In this document: positions 31,760-41,955 of the stretch, in pieces
How positions within the stretch are numbered: the first letter of the stretch is position 1
Layout: each line of letters begins with the position of its first letter
Source: Candidatus Binatia bacterium
GTDB lineage: Bacteria; Desulfobacterota; Binatia; UBA9968; JAJDTQ01
DNA: 64,000 bases
Direction: 5' to 3'
Assembly (NCBI GenBank): GCA_963666515.2
Contig: OY762897.2
Span: 3,328,001 to 3,392,000, forward strand
Made by a program: the position numbers and the translations under genes
Notes under the pieces: model-generated
Told to the model about the DNA's origin: nothing
Databases searched by the model: none
What the model saw: the letters and a program-made list of their open reading frames with translations, nothing else

Positions 31760-32845
31760 CTACCCCTCCGCGGCGGCCCAAAGCACACGGATGGCGGGCA
31801 GGCCCAGGAACTGGGCGCCGCGCTTCTGGCGTCCGATGCGCTCCCAGGTGTCGCCGCGGTCGGGGGTCCGGTAGATGTCTCCTTCCCCCGGCGGGCCGGC
31901 GGTGTGGCCGCGGGCCACGTCGCCGAAGGCCGCAATGATCGCGTCGCCGTCATAAGGATCGCGGGCCAGTTGCCAGCACATGCCCGGATGCGTCACCGGC
32001 AGGCCGGCGCCCACCTGCCGCCAAGTCCGGCCGGAGTCCTCGCTCCGGTAGATGCGGCCGTCGGCGCCGCTGGGGCGGTCCCAGTACTGGGGCGAGCCGT
32101 GTCCGCCCGCCAGGAACAGCGCCGGCGGGTCGCCCGGCAGCATCACCACGTCGTGGAAGTAGTCGCTCTCCATGCCCTGCTCGGCGCGCTGCCACCCGGC
32201 CTCGGGCGGGTCGCCCCGGAAGAACCCGCGAGAGGTGGCGGTGAAGAAGGCGGCGGGGTTCTCGGGCGAGCGGACGATCATGTGCACGTCCGGGTACTCG
32301 ATGCCCTCGCTCACGTCCTCCCAGGTCCCGCCCCGGTCGAAGCTGCGCACGATGCCGCCGTGCTCCAGCGCGAGGTAGAGGGTGTCGGTGTTGTCGGGGT
32401 CGATGTAGATGTGGCGCACGTGGCCGTGGTGCGGCGGGTAGGGAAACCACCAGTGGTGCTGGACCTCGGGAGGCAGCGCCCGGAGCCCTTCCAACTCCTC
32501 CCACGAGCCGCCGCCGTCCTCGCTGCGAAACAGCATCACCGGCTCCGTGCCGGCGTAGACCACCCGGTCCTCGATGGGATCCACGGTGACCCAGCGGATG
32601 TCGCCCTCCAGCACCCGCTGCCAGTGGCGCCCCTGGTCGCGGGTGCGGTAGAGGCCGTCCTGGGTCACGCCCGCGTAGACCACCTCCGGGTTATTGCGGC
32701 ACCCCCACACCGAGTCCACCACCTGGTCCGGGAAGAAGCTCTGGTACTCCCGCGACCCGCGCATGGAGGTCCAGATATCCCCCACCCCGCGCAGGATCAC
32801 CATGCCCTCCTGGGTGCCGGCGTAGAGTCTGAGAGCCTCGGCCAC
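31760..32845 (-). CDS. BNR/Asp-box beta-propeller protein
   Basis: Repeated Asp-boxes: RTRDQGRHW, RSEDGGGSW, RSFDRGGTW, RSEDSGRTW. Confidence 0.85.
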   Translation of the reverse strand: MAEALRLYAGTQEGMVILRGVGDIWTSMRGSREYQSFFPDQVVDSVWGCRNNPEVVYAGVTQDGLYRTRDQGRHWQRVLEGDIRWVTVDPIEDRVVYAGTEPVMLFRSEDGGGSWEELEGLRALPPEVQHHWWFPYPPHHGHVRHIYIDPDNTDTLYLALEHGGIVRSFDRGGTWEDVSEGIEYPDVHMIVRSPENPAAFFTATSRGFFRGDPPEAGWQRAEQGMESDYFHDVVMLPGDPPALFLAGGHGSPQYWDRPSGADGRIYRSEDSGRTWRQVGAGLPVTHPGMCWQLARDPYDGDAIIAAFGDVARGHTAGPPGEGDIYRTPDRGDTWERIGRQKRGAQFLGLPAIRVLWAAAEG

Positions 32846-32878
32846 GTGCTGTCTCCTCCGAAACGGTGTTGCCCCAGG

Positions 32879-33505
32879 TCAGGCCTGCTGCAGCTTCTCC
32901 AGGAAGGTGGCCGTATCCATCACCACGCCGAAGTGCTTGTCGAAGTTCTGCAAGGTCGCGGCCTGCTCCTCGTCCGAGAAGCAGGCATTGCTGTCGGAGA
33001 GGAACAGAACCTTGAAGTCGCGCATGGCGCCGTCCCGGGCGGTGCTGTCGCAGCACACGTTGGTGGCCACGCCGGTGATGGCGATGGTGTCCCGCCCCAG
33101 CCGCCGCAGCACGTTCTCCAGGTTGGTGCCGTAGAAGCCGCTGTAGCGGAACTTCTTGATGGTGATCTCGTCCTCCTCGGGCTTCACGCTCTCCAGGAAC
33201 TCAGCGCCGGGCGCCCCCTCGATGTTGGTCCAGGGATCGTCGGTGTGGTGGGTCACGGGCTTCAGGTCGGCGAACACGCCCACGTCCGCCAGGTCCTTGC
33301 GCTTGGTGGTGTAGAGGTAGATGACCGGCACGTCCGAGGAGCGGCACACCGTCAGGAGTTCCTGGATCTTCGGGATGATGTCCTCCGACGACGGCAGGTA
33401 GCGGCACCCCCTGGGGTCCACCCACATGTTCTGCATGTCCACCACGATCAGCGCGGTGTTGTCCTTGCCGATGCGCCAGTTGTCAGCCGAGCGTGACTCG
33501 TCCAT
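32879..33505 (-). CDS. Isochorismatase family cysteine hydrolase (RutB-like)
   Basis: ALIVVDMQN, KFRYSGF, GVATNVCCDSTARD. Confidence 0.9.
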   Translation of the reverse strand: MDESRSADNWRIGKDNTALIVVDMQNMWVDPRGCRYLPSSEDIIPKIQELLTVCRSSDVPVIYLYTTKRKDLADVGVFADLKPVTHHTDDPWTNIEGAPGAEFLESVKPEEDEITIKKFRYSGFYGTNLENVLRRLGRDTIAITGVATNVCCDSTARDGAMRDFKVLFLSDSNACFSDEEQAATLQNFDKHFGVVMDTATFLEKLQQA

Positions 33506-33617
33506 CTTCCGCCTCCTTTTGCGATAGGGTCCGGGGCAGTGCCGGAACCCCCGTCTATCACAGACGAAACCGCGCTCACAAGCCAAGCCGCCGGACCGCA
33601 ACCGTTGCCTCGCCGGG

Positions 33618-33646
33618 TTGACAAAGGGCACTGTTTCAATGATGGT
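33618..33646 (+). promoter_or_regulatory. Putative sigma70 promoter for the TAXI-TRAP operon
   Basis: TTGACA-N17-GATGGT. Confidence 0.35.
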
Positions 33647-33745
33647 GCCGGTTTTCGTTGAACTCCGCTGTCAGCGATGTTCCGCCCGGCATGTCTTCGC
33701 GGCATGAACGGCATGAATCCGGGGCGTCACAAAGAGGAGGAGAAA

Positions 33746-34687
33746 ATGACAAAGCTGGTAATCGGGTTGCTGGCCCTGGTGTTCATGGCCCAGGGCGTTC
33801 ACGCGCAGACCGTCAGCATCGGCACCAACCCCCAGGGCTCGCTGGCTTACGCCACCGGGGCCGGAGTCGCCAAGGTGGCCATCGAGGCGGGCGGCGTCAA
33901 CATGCGCGTGGTGCCCCAGGGCGGACCGGTGGTGACCCTGCCGCTGGCCAACAACGGCGAGCTGGACTTCACCATCTCCAACGTGGCCGCCAGCTCGTTC
34001 GCCGTGCTGGGCAAGGAGATGTTCAAGGGCCGGAAGCAGGCAAACATACGGCTCGTGGCCGTGCTGTTCCCGCTGTACGGCGGCTTCTACGTGCGCGACG
34101 ACTCGGACATCAAGACGCTGAGCGACCTCAAGGGCAAGCGGCTTCCCAGCAAGTACACCAAGCAAAAGATCGTCGGCCTCAACTCGCTGTCGGTCCTCAA
34201 CACCGTGGGGCTGAGCTACAAGGACGTAGTCGGCGTGCCGGTGCCCAACGGGGTGCGCGGGGTGCGCGACTTCATGGAGGGGAAGAACGACGCGGCCTAT
34301 TTCTCCCTGACCTCGGGGATCACCCGGCAGGCCCACGCCGCCGTCGGAGGCATCCGGGTCCTGTCCATGGAGAACACGCCCGAGGCGCTGGCGGCGATGC
34401 GGAAAATCGTCCCGGCCGCGAGCATCGCGACCCTTCAACCCAAGAAGCTTTACCCCGGCATCACGAAGCCCACCCACGTGTTCCAGGCGTCCTTCGTCGT
34501 CAACGCGAGCGCGAGCACGCCGGACGACGTCGTCTACAAGGTGGTGAAGGCGCTGCACGCCAACAAGCAGAAGCTGATCGGCTCCCACGGCATGTTCAAG
34601 CAGTTCAATCCCGCAAAGATGCACGTCGACCTGGGCGTCCCGTACCATCCCGGCGCCGCCCGCTTCTACAAGGAGAAGGGGCTCTAG
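33746..34687 (+). CDS. TAXI family TRAP transporter solute-binding subunit
   Basis: Signal peptide; IGTNPQGS, SDLKGKR, PYHPGAARFYKE. Confidence 0.9.
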   Translation: MTKLVIGLLALVFMAQGVHAQTVSIGTNPQGSLAYATGAGVAKVAIEAGGVNMRVVPQGGPVVTLPLANNGELDFTISNVAASSFAVLGKEMFKGRKQANIRLVAVLFPLYGGFYVRDDSDIKTLSDLKGKRLPSKYTKQKIVGLNSLSVLNTVGLSYKDVVGVPVPNGVRGVRDFMEGKNDAAYFSLTSGITRQAHAAVGGIRVLSMENTPEALAAMRKIVPAASIATLQPKKLYPGITKPTHVFQASFVVNASASTPDDVVYKVVKALHANKQKLIGSHGMFKQFNPAKMHVDLGVPYHPGAARFYKEKGL

Positions 34688-34709
34688 GGCGACCGCGGGT
34701 CGCCCCTGC
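34685..34709 (-). repeat. GTAG-type REP-like hairpin
   Basis: GGGCGACC-gcg-GGTCGCCC. Confidence 0.5.
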
Positions 34710-34769
34710 AATGCGACTACTCGGACGGGCTCCCAGCCGGGTAGAAAGACGACGTGCTGAATCCTCGCC

Positions 34770-36689
34770 ATGGCCAGCGGTGACGGAGACGCCGTCCGGG
34801 CGCCGATCGCGTCCTGGACGGTGCGTATCGCCGGACGCCTGCTGGGCGGACTGCTGACGGCCGCGGCCCTGGCCGAGGCCGCGGACCTCTACCGGGCCGT
34901 CGGCATCGTGGTGTTCGCCGAGCAGCGCCTGCTGGCCCTGCTCGGCCTCGCCCTCGGCACCCTCTACCTCCTCAAGGGGGCCGGACCGGGCCCTCGCCTT
35001 CGCGTGCCCTGGTACGACGCGGTAGCGGCGGTGGCCGGCCTGGTCGTGTGCGCCTACCTGAGCTGGCACTACGAACGGATCTTCGAGGAACTCTACGCGC
35101 GCCCGCGCGACGCCCTGATAGGAGGCGCGATCATCCTCGCGCTGGTGGCGGAGGGGGTGCGCCGCTCCGCCGGCCCCGTGCTGTTCATCTTCCTGCTGTC
35201 GTTCTTCACCCTGGGCTTGGTGGGCCACTTCATCCCCGGCCAGTTCCAGGGACGCGACGTGGATTTCGACCGGCTGGTGATCTACCTGAGTCTCGACTCC
35301 AACTCGCTGGTGGGGATTCCCCTCACCGTGGCCACCACCATCGTCATCTCGTTCATCTACTTCGGCAACCTGCTCGACCTGTCCGGCGGATCGAGGTTCT
35401 TCACCGACATCTCCACTGCGCTCATGGGCCGTTACCGCGGCGGCTCCGCCAAGATCGCGGTCACCGCCTCGTCGCTGTTCGGCTCCATCTCGGGCAGCGC
35501 CACCTCCAACGTGGTCTCCACCGGCGTCATCACCATCCCGCTGATGAAGAAGGGAGGCTACCCCGCGCATACCGCGGGCGCCATCGAGGCCGTGGCCTCC
35601 ACCGGCGGCCAGTTGATGCCGCCGATGATGGGCGCCGCCGCCTTCGTCATGGCCGAGTTCCTGCAGATCTCCTACCAGGAGGTGGTGCTGGCGGCGCTGA
35701 TCCCGGCGGTCCTCTACTACGTGGCGCTGTTCATCCAGGCGGACCTGTTCGCCGCGCGGGAGGGCATCGCGCGCGTGGACGAAGGCGCCATCCCGCCCCG
35801 CTGGCCGGTATTCCGCGCCGGCTGGCCTTACGTGGTGCCGTTCGCCGTGGTGATCTGGTGCCTGTTCTACCTCAACCTGAGGCCCGAGACTTCGGCCCTG
35901 TGGGCCGCCGGCAGCCTCGTCCCCGTCGGCCTGTTCATCGGCTACCAGGGCGAGCGGATGCGCTGGTGGGTCATCTTCACCGTCCTCGCCAAGACCGGCG
36001 CCCTGTGCGTCCAGGTGCTGATGATAAGCTGCATGGCCGGCGTCATCATCGGCGTCCTCAACATCACCGGCCTGGGCTTCGCGCTGACCCAGGCCATCAT
36101 CCACCTGGCCGGGGGACAGACCCCCCTGATCCTGCTGCTGGCGGCGCTGATCTCCATCGTCCTCGGCATGGGCATGCCCACCCTCGGCGTCTACCTGCTG
36201 CTGGCGACCCTGGTGACCCCGTCCATGGTGGAAGTGGGCATCCCGCCCATGGCCGCGCACCTGTTCGCGCTCTACTTCGGCATGCTGTCGCTGATCACCC
36301 CGCCGGTGGCGGTGGCGGCCTTCACCGCGGCCACCGTCGCCGAGTCCGACTTCCTGCGCACGGGTTTTGCCGCGGTGCACTTCGGCTGGACCGCCTACGT
36401 CCCGTTCCTGTTCGTGCTGGCGCCCGAGCTTCTCATGGAGGGCTCGGCCCTGACGATCATCCACACCGCGGCCACCGCGGTCATCGGCGTCTGGCTCGTG
36501 TCCGCGGGATTCATGGGGTATTTCGCCAGACCTCTGGGTGTCGGCCACCGGGTGCTCTTCATGGCCGCCGGGCTGCTTTTGTTCTTCCCGGCCGGAGGGG
36601 TGAGCTACGGCATCTGGACGGACGTGGCCGGCGCCTGTCTGGCCGGGGTGCTGGCCGCGATCGGGGGATTCCGGGGCGAGAAGAGCTGA
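34770..36689 (+). CDS. TRAP transporter fused 4TM/12TM permease
   Basis: GSISGSATSNV, AGAIEAVASTGGQLMPPMMGA, ITPPVAVAAF. Confidence 0.92.
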   Translation: MASGDGDAVRAPIASWTVRIAGRLLGGLLTAAALAEAADLYRAVGIVVFAEQRLLALLGLALGTLYLLKGAGPGPRLRVPWYDAVAAVAGLVVCAYLSWHYERIFEELYARPRDALIGGAIILALVAEGVRRSAGPVLFIFLLSFFTLGLVGHFIPGQFQGRDVDFDRLVIYLSLDSNSLVGIPLTVATTIVISFIYFGNLLDLSGGSRFFTDISTALMGRYRGGSAKIAVTASSLFGSISGSATSNVVSTGVITIPLMKKGGYPAHTAGAIEAVASTGGQLMPPMMGAAAFVMAEFLQISYQEVVLAALIPAVLYYVALFIQADLFAAREGIARVDEGAIPPRWPVFRAGWPYVVPFAVVIWCLFYLNLRPETSALWAAGSLVPVGLFIGYQGERMRWWVIFTVLAKTGALCVQVLMISCMAGVIIGVLNITGLGFALTQAIIHLAGGQTPLILLLAALISIVLGMGMPTLGVYLLLATLVTPSMVEVGIPPMAAHLFALYFGMLSLITPPVAVAAFTAATVAESDFLRTGFAAVHFGWTAYVPFLFVLAPELLMEGSALTIIHTAATAVIGVWLVSAGFMGYFARPLGVGHRVLFMAAGLLLFFPAGGVSYGIWTDVAGACLAGVLAAIGGFRGEKS

Positions 36690-38156
36690 CTATAGCGCCT
36701 CGGCCCCGAACCGTTCGATGGTCTCCAGGGTCTCGCGGACGTCGTTCCAGGTGGTGTTGTGGTTGATGATGCACAGCCGGAGGGAAAACTTCCCGGCCAG
36801 CGTCGTCGATGAGATGAGCGCGCGGTCCTCCCAGAAGACGCGGGCGAGCACGTTGCGGTTGACCTTTTCCAGTGTCTCATCGTCGAGGTCCCGGCCGGCG
36901 GGGTTCACCCGGAAACACACGATCCCCAGCGATGCCGGGTTCAGCGTCTCGAGCATCGGGCTCTCCCGCACGTAATCGTCGGCCCGGGCCGCCAGCTCCA
37001 TCCCCTGCGACACCGCCCGCCGGAACGCGGCCATCCCGAAGGTCTGCACCGACATCCATATCTTCAACGCTCGGGCCGAGCGGCTGAGCTGCAGGCCGCG
37101 GTCCGAAAAGTTCGGATGGTTGGCGCCCCAGATGGTGTCCTGGAGCACATCGTGGTGCACTTCGAACGCCCTTTCGAGCGTGGCGGCGTCCTTCACCAGC
37201 AGACCGCCCACCTCGTAGGGCTGGAAAAACCACTTGTGGCCGTCCAGGTTCACCGAGTCGGCGCGCTCGATGCCGCGCAGGATTTCCTTGCCCCGCTCCG
37301 TCACTACCGCGAAGCCGCCGTAGGCGCCGTCTACGTGCAGCCAGATGCCCTCCGCCTCACAGAAATCGGCGATTTCCTCGAGCGGATCGATGGCTCCCGT
37401 GCTGCTGGCTCCGGCGTTGGCGCACACCGTGACGGGATTGAGGCCGGCGGCGCGGTCTTCGGCCACGGCGCGAGCCAGCGCATCCACGTCGAGGCGGAAA
37501 CGTTCGTCCGTCGGCAGCAGCCGCGTGTGCTCCCGCCTGACGCCCGTGATCCTCGCGGCGCGGACCTGGGCGCTGTGGCTCTGGTCGCTCATGTACACGG
37601 TGGCGCCGTCGGGGTTGCCGGCGGCTTCCCTGGCCGCGACGAAGGCGTCCACGCTGGCCGCCGAGCCCCCGCTGGTCAGAAGCCCTCCGGCGCTGTCCGG
37701 GTAGCCGATCCAGCGCTTCAACCAGTCGATGACCACCAGCTCGATCTCGCTGGGACCGCTCGCCACCAGCCAGGTGCATTGGTTGAAGTTGTAGCCGGCG
37801 GCCATGAAGTCGGCCAGCACACTCGGCCACGTCGGCGACGACGGGATGAACGCGAAGCAACGCGGGTGATCCAGGCGCGTGGCGAACGGGAGCACCTCGC
37901 GCGCGACCCGGTCGATGACCTCCGCGCCCGGCCGGCCGTCCTCCGGCGGGTCCTCCTTGAGCGTGGCGTCGAGCGCCTGCTGGAAGTCCCCGTCCCAGGC
38001 GTTGTCCACGGGCAGGCCCTTGATTCGCTCCACCAGGATCTCCGCGGCCTTGCGCGCGAGTTCGAGCATGGCCTCGGGCGCCATCTCGAGGGGGCCGTGA
38101 CCGGGCGTGTCCACTGCCGACCCTTTGCTGTCCTTGTCCTTGTTCGAATGGTCCAT
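36690..38156 (-). CDS. Group II PLP-dependent decarboxylase (aromatic L-amino-acid decarboxylase-like)
   Basis: HPRCFAFIP, TGAIDPL, WLHVDGAYGG, DGHKW. Confidence 0.9.
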   Translation of the reverse strand: MDHSNKDKDSKGSAVDTPGHGPLEMAPEAMLELARKAAEILVERIKGLPVDNAWDGDFQQALDATLKEDPPEDGRPGAEVIDRVAREVLPFATRLDHPRCFAFIPSSPTWPSVLADFMAAGYNFNQCTWLVASGPSEIELVVIDWLKRWIGYPDSAGGLLTSGGSAASVDAFVAAREAAGNPDGATVYMSDQSHSAQVRAARITGVRREHTRLLPTDERFRLDVDALARAVAEDRAAGLNPVTVCANAGASSTGAIDPLEEIADFCEAEGIWLHVDGAYGGFAVVTERGKEILRGIERADSVNLDGHKWFFQPYEVGGLLVKDAATLERAFEVHHDVLQDTIWGANHPNFSDRGLQLSRSARALKIWMSVQTFGMAAFRRAVSQGMELAARADDYVRESPMLETLNPASLGIVCFRVNPAGRDLDDETLEKVNRNVLARVFWEDRALISSTTLAGKFSLRLCIINHNTTWNDVRETLETIERFGAEAL

Positions 38157-38283
38157 GTCACCCGCGATAGCACATTCTCCCGGCACAAAGAAACCCGTGG
38201 TCACGTGACCGTTGGAGCGGGTCCTTGAACCTCCGCCGACCGGCGGGATAGACTGGCCGCCGACCCGCGATTGGGAGGATTTT

Positions 38284-39105
38284 ATGACCGAAGTCATCAT
38301 GATCGGGACGGGAGTCCCGGAGCCCAACCCGAACCGGCAGGGTTCGTGCATCGCCATCATCATCGACGGGAAACCCATCCTGCTCGACTGCGGCCGCGGC
38401 GCGCTCACGCAGCTCGTCCGCGCGGGCATCGACCCGGCGCAGGTGGAGCAGGTGTTTCTCAGCCATCTCCACTACGACCACATCATCGGGCTTCCGGACC
38501 TGCTGCTGGGGAGCTGGATGGTGGGGCGCAGCACGGGCGTCGAAGTGTTCGGCCCGGCTGGGACCACGGCGTTCGTGGAAGGGCTCCTGGAAGCCTTCAA
38601 GATCGACATCCAGGGCCGCAAGGCCACCGGCACCAACTCGAAGTTCGAGGTCTCCACCCGCGAGATCGACGAGGGGCAGGTGTGGGAGACGCCGGACTGG
38701 AAACTCGACGCGGTGCGGGTGGTGCACATACCCGGCAGCCTGGGCTTCCGCGTGGACACCCGGGACCGTTCCATCGTGTTTTCCGGCGACACCCGGCCGT
38801 GCCCGGCGCTGGTGGAACTGGCCAGGGACTGCGACCTGCTCATCCACGAGGTGCTCTTCTCGCCGGAGATGGAGCAGAACGGCGCCCCCGCCGGCCGCCA
38901 TCCGGAGTTCATCCACCCCGAGTGGGCCAACCGCGTGCGCCATACCAAGCCGCATCAGGTAGGAAAGATCGCCGCCGAAGCCAACGCCGGGAAGCTCGTG
39001 CTCACCCATTTGTGGTCCGAGAAGGAAGAGGAGCGGCTCAAGGCCGAGGTAGCGGAGCACTACTCGGGCGAGGTCGTCGTGGCCCAGGACCTGATGCGAG
39101 TCTGA
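38284..39105 (+). CDS. MBL-fold metallo-hydrolase (RNase Z/arylsulfatase-like)
   Basis: LDCGRG, SHLHYDH, FSGDT, LIHE, LVLTH. Confidence 0.9.
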   Translation: MTEVIMIGTGVPEPNPNRQGSCIAIIIDGKPILLDCGRGALTQLVRAGIDPAQVEQVFLSHLHYDHIIGLPDLLLGSWMVGRSTGVEVFGPAGTTAFVEGLLEAFKIDIQGRKATGTNSKFEVSTREIDEGQVWETPDWKLDAVRVVHIPGSLGFRVDTRDRSIVFSGDTRPCPALVELARDCDLLIHEVLFSPEMEQNGAPAGRHPEFIHPEWANRVRHTKPHQVGKIAAEANAGKLVLTHLWSEKEEERLKAEVAEHYSGEVVVAQDLMRV

Positions 39106-39131
39106 CCGGGCGTCCTCGCGGTGTAGTGGAC

Positions 39132-39152
39132 CGACCCGCCGGTCGCCCCTAC
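39132..39152 (-). repeat. GTAG-type REP-like element
   Basis: Reverse complement GTAGGGGCGACCGGCGGGTCG. Confidence 0.5.
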
Positions 39153-39194
39153 CCGCTACGACTGGATTACTTGGACAGGCTGCAGGCTGGCACC

Positions 39195-40280
39195 ATGACC
39201 CTGATCCTCACCAACGAGGAGATCGAGAGCTGCTTCACCCTGGAGGAATGCTTCAGGGTGTTGGAGCCCGCGTTCATCGACCTGGGCAACGGCGCCGCCG
39301 CGAACCTGCCGCGCCAGGACCTGCTGGTGCCCGGGCCGCTGGAGGGCAGCTACCACGGCCTCAAGTCCGCCGGCGGGGCGATGCCACGGTTCGGCGTCAC
39401 TGCCGCCCGGCTGACGTCCGACATCGTCACTTGGCCGGAGGTGGACGGCGAGCGGCGCCGGGTCAAGGTGCCGCTGGCCATGGGCAGCAAGTACGTGGGC
39501 TTGGTGTTCCTGTTCAGTACCGCCACCGGCGAGTTGCTGGCCATCTTTCCCGACGGCCTGGTCCAGGCCATCCGCGTTGGCGTCACCAACGCCTTGTCCG
39601 CCAAGTACATGGCGCGCCCGGAATCGTCGGTCCTGGCACTCTACGGCTCCGGCTGGCAGGCCCGGTCCGGACTGCTGTCCATGTGCACGGCCATGCCCAT
39701 CCGCGAGGTGCGGGTCTACAGCCCCACGGAGGAGCACCGCTGGACCTTCGCTCGTGAAATGGACGGCCGGGTGGAGGCCCAGGTGAGCGCGGTGGACCTT
39801 CCCGAGCGCGCGGCGGAGGGAGCCGACATCGTGCTCCTCACCACCAACGCCCTGAAACCCTTTTTCCCGGCGGAGTGGGTCCGCGACGGCATGCACATCG
39901 CCACCGTCCGCTCCAGCGAGATGACCGTGGACGCGCTGCTGCGTTGCGACCGGCTGGTGGTGTCGAGCCGGGAAGCGGCCCGGCTGGTGACGCTGCCCGG
40001 TGAGGAGGAACGTATCCCCGAAGCGGGTCAGGGCGACTACCGGCGCGAGGAGTTGGAGGACACCGAAGCCGACTGGAGCAAGAAACCGGAGTTGGGAGAA
40101 ATCATGGCTGGGAAGGTAACAGGCAGGGAACGCGGGGCAGAGGTAACCTGCATGCTCAACTACGTCGGCCTCGGGCTCCAGTTCGCTGCCGCCGGAGCTC
40201 GGATTTACGAGCTGGCCAGGGAGCGCGGCCTCGGACGGGAGCTGCCCACCGAATGGTTCTCGCAGGACCTGCACTCGTAA
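39195..40280 (+). CDS. Ornithine cyclodeaminase / mu-crystallin family protein
   Basis: AIRVG, YGSGWQA, VRVYSPT, GLGLQFAA. Confidence 0.88.
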   Translation: MTLILTNEEIESCFTLEECFRVLEPAFIDLGNGAAANLPRQDLLVPGPLEGSYHGLKSAGGAMPRFGVTAARLTSDIVTWPEVDGERRRVKVPLAMGSKYVGLVFLFSTATGELLAIFPDGLVQAIRVGVTNALSAKYMARPESSVLALYGSGWQARSGLLSMCTAMPIREVRVYSPTEEHRWTFAREMDGRVEAQVSAVDLPERAAEGADIVLLTTNALKPFFPAEWVRDGMHIATVRSSEMTVDALLRCDRLVVSSREAARLVTLPGEEERIPEAGQGDYRREELEDTEADWSKKPELGEIMAGKVTGRERGAEVTCMLNYVGLGLQFAAAGARIYELARERGLGRELPTEWFSQDLHS

Positions 40281-40330
40281 GCCCCGACGCATGACGGGCC
40301 TGCCGCGCAATGCCGCACTATGCTTCCGAC

Positions 40331-40738
40331 CTACGGGAAGAAGATCAGCTTCACCAGCAGCGCGACGATGGCCGGTTGGAAAGTGAAGACCGCCAGCTTG
40401 AGCACGGCGACACTCTTATCGAGCTTGGCGATGTCTTCTCTCATGGATTTCTCCAACCTTGCCATGTCCTCCTTGGTGGACAACTCCAGCCTTGCCATGG
40501 CCTCCTTTGTGGATAACTCCAGCCTTGCGATGTTCGCCTTCGTCGCATTCTCCAAGTCGGACATGTCTGACCTGAGCACGTGCTCCAGTTTGGCAACATC
40601 TTGCTCCAATCTGGAAATGTCTTCCTTGGTAGCGAGGCGATCACCGTGCGGGATCGCGGCTGCCGCCGCCTTGGCCTTCTCCTTGGAAGCTCCAGCTTCG
40701 ACCAGCGCCTCGTAGACTTCCAGAACAATCACAGTCAT
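40331..40738 (-). CDS. DUF1640/Bdr-like coiled-coil protein with 11-aa repeats and C-terminal TM
   Basis: YEAL.EAG, LATKEDI, repeated TKxxMARLE units. Confidence 0.75.
   Translation of the reverse strand: MTVIVLEVYEALVEAGASKEKAKAAAAAIPHGDRLATKEDISRLEQDVAKLEHVLRSDMSDLENATKANIARLELSTKEAMARLELSTKEDMARLEKSMREDIAKLDKSVAVLKLAVFTFQPAIVALLVKLIFFP
40451..40549. repeat. Three tandem 33-bp coding repeats
   Basis: CTCCAxCCTTGCxATG... units at 40451, 40484 and 40517. Confidence 0.75.
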
Positions 40739-40949
40739 GGCTCCATCCCGGCCAACTCCAGCCATTGTAGTTCGATAATTCAAAAACACAACCTCGATGC
40801 AAAGACAGTCTCCGAGCGCAACGGACGGGCACTGTCCTCATAGTCATGAATCGGCACTCCCGTACCGTTCTTTAGCCCAGAGCGTTCTTTTTCCGGCGGG
40901 AGCCGGATTCGTAACGACGTCCACGCCGGGCAGCGTCGCCGGGTTGGGC

Positions 40950-41939
40950 TTACGGAATCAGCAGGATCTTGCCGGTGGTGTTTCGGGATGCCAGCAGGCG
41001 GTGGGCCTCGGCGGCCCGGGAAAGCGGCAGCGTGGCGCCGATGCGGACGGCAAGCTTTCCGGCCTCGATCCACCGGAGTACGTCTCCGGCTCGGGCGAGG
41101 ATCTCGGCTCGGTCGGTGGTGTGGTGGGTAAGGCTCGGGCGGCTGAGGGAGAGAGAGCCCTTGGCGTTGAGGATGGCGGTGTCGAAGGGCGGCACGGCGC
41201 CGCTGGACTGGCCGTAGATCACCATGCGGCCGCGCGGCGCCAGGGCGTCGAGGCTCTTCTCGAAGGTGCTCTTTCCCACCGAGTCGTAGACGGCGTTGAC
41301 GCCGCGGCCGCCGGTGAGACGGCGCGCCTCGGCGGCGAAGTCCTGGCTGGTGTAGTCGATGACCGCATCGGCGCCGGCTTCCTCGGCGATGCGCGCTTTC
41401 TCGGTGGTCGACACGGTGCCGAACACGCGCGCGCCGCGCATCTTGGCCATCTGGATCAGCAGCAGTCCGGTGCCGCCGGCGGCGGCGTGGACGAGCACCG
41501 TGTCCCCGACGCCTACCGTATAGGTGTCGCGGGAGAGGTAGTGCGCGGTCATGCCTTGGAGCATGGCGGCGGCCGCGGATCGGAGGTCCACCGCCTCGGG
41601 CACCCGCACCAGGTGACGCTCCGGCACCGCGGCCAACTCGGCGTAGGAGCCGTATCCGTTGGAGATGCCGTAGGCGACCCGGTCGCCGACCTGGATCTCG
41701 TACACGTCCGGCCCGACGGCGAGCACGGTGCCGGCGCCCTCGGCGCCGGGGATGTACGGGAGCGGGCGCTGGTGATGGCCGCCCCAGTGGAAACCCGAGC
41801 GGTAGTAGATGTCCAGGTAGTTGACGCCGCAGACCGCGACCTTCACCAGCGCCTCGCCCGGCCCGGGCTCGGGGTCCTCCACCTCCTCGTAGCGGAGCAC
41901 CTCCGGGCCGCCCAGCTCGTGCACCCGGACGGCCTTCAT
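40950..41939 (-). CDS. qor: NADPH:quinone oxidoreductase (zeta-crystallin family)
   Basis: GGPEVL, GVNYLD, LQGMTAHYL, HAAAGGTG, YDSVGK. Confidence 0.9.
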   Translation of the reverse strand: MKAVRVHELGGPEVLRYEEVEDPEPGPGEALVKVAVCGVNYLDIYYRSGFHWGGHHQRPLPYIPGAEGAGTVLAVGPDVYEIQVGDRVAYGISNGYGSYAELAAVPERHLVRVPEAVDLRSAAAAMLQGMTAHYLSRDTYTVGVGDTVLVHAAAGGTGLLLIQMAKMRGARVFGTVSTTEKARIAEEAGADAVIDYTSQDFAAEARRLTGGRGVNAVYDSVGKSTFEKSLDALAPRGRMVIYGQSSGAVPPFDTAILNAKGSLSLSRPSLTHHTTDRAEILARAGDVLRWIEAGKLAVRIGATLPLSRAAEAHRLLASRNTTGKILLIP

Positions 41940-41955
41940 CGCGGACCGCGCGCCA

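Noticed and set aside
40320-40715. Repetitive + strand ORF
   Set aside because: Antisense shadow of the repeat-containing minus-strand gene.
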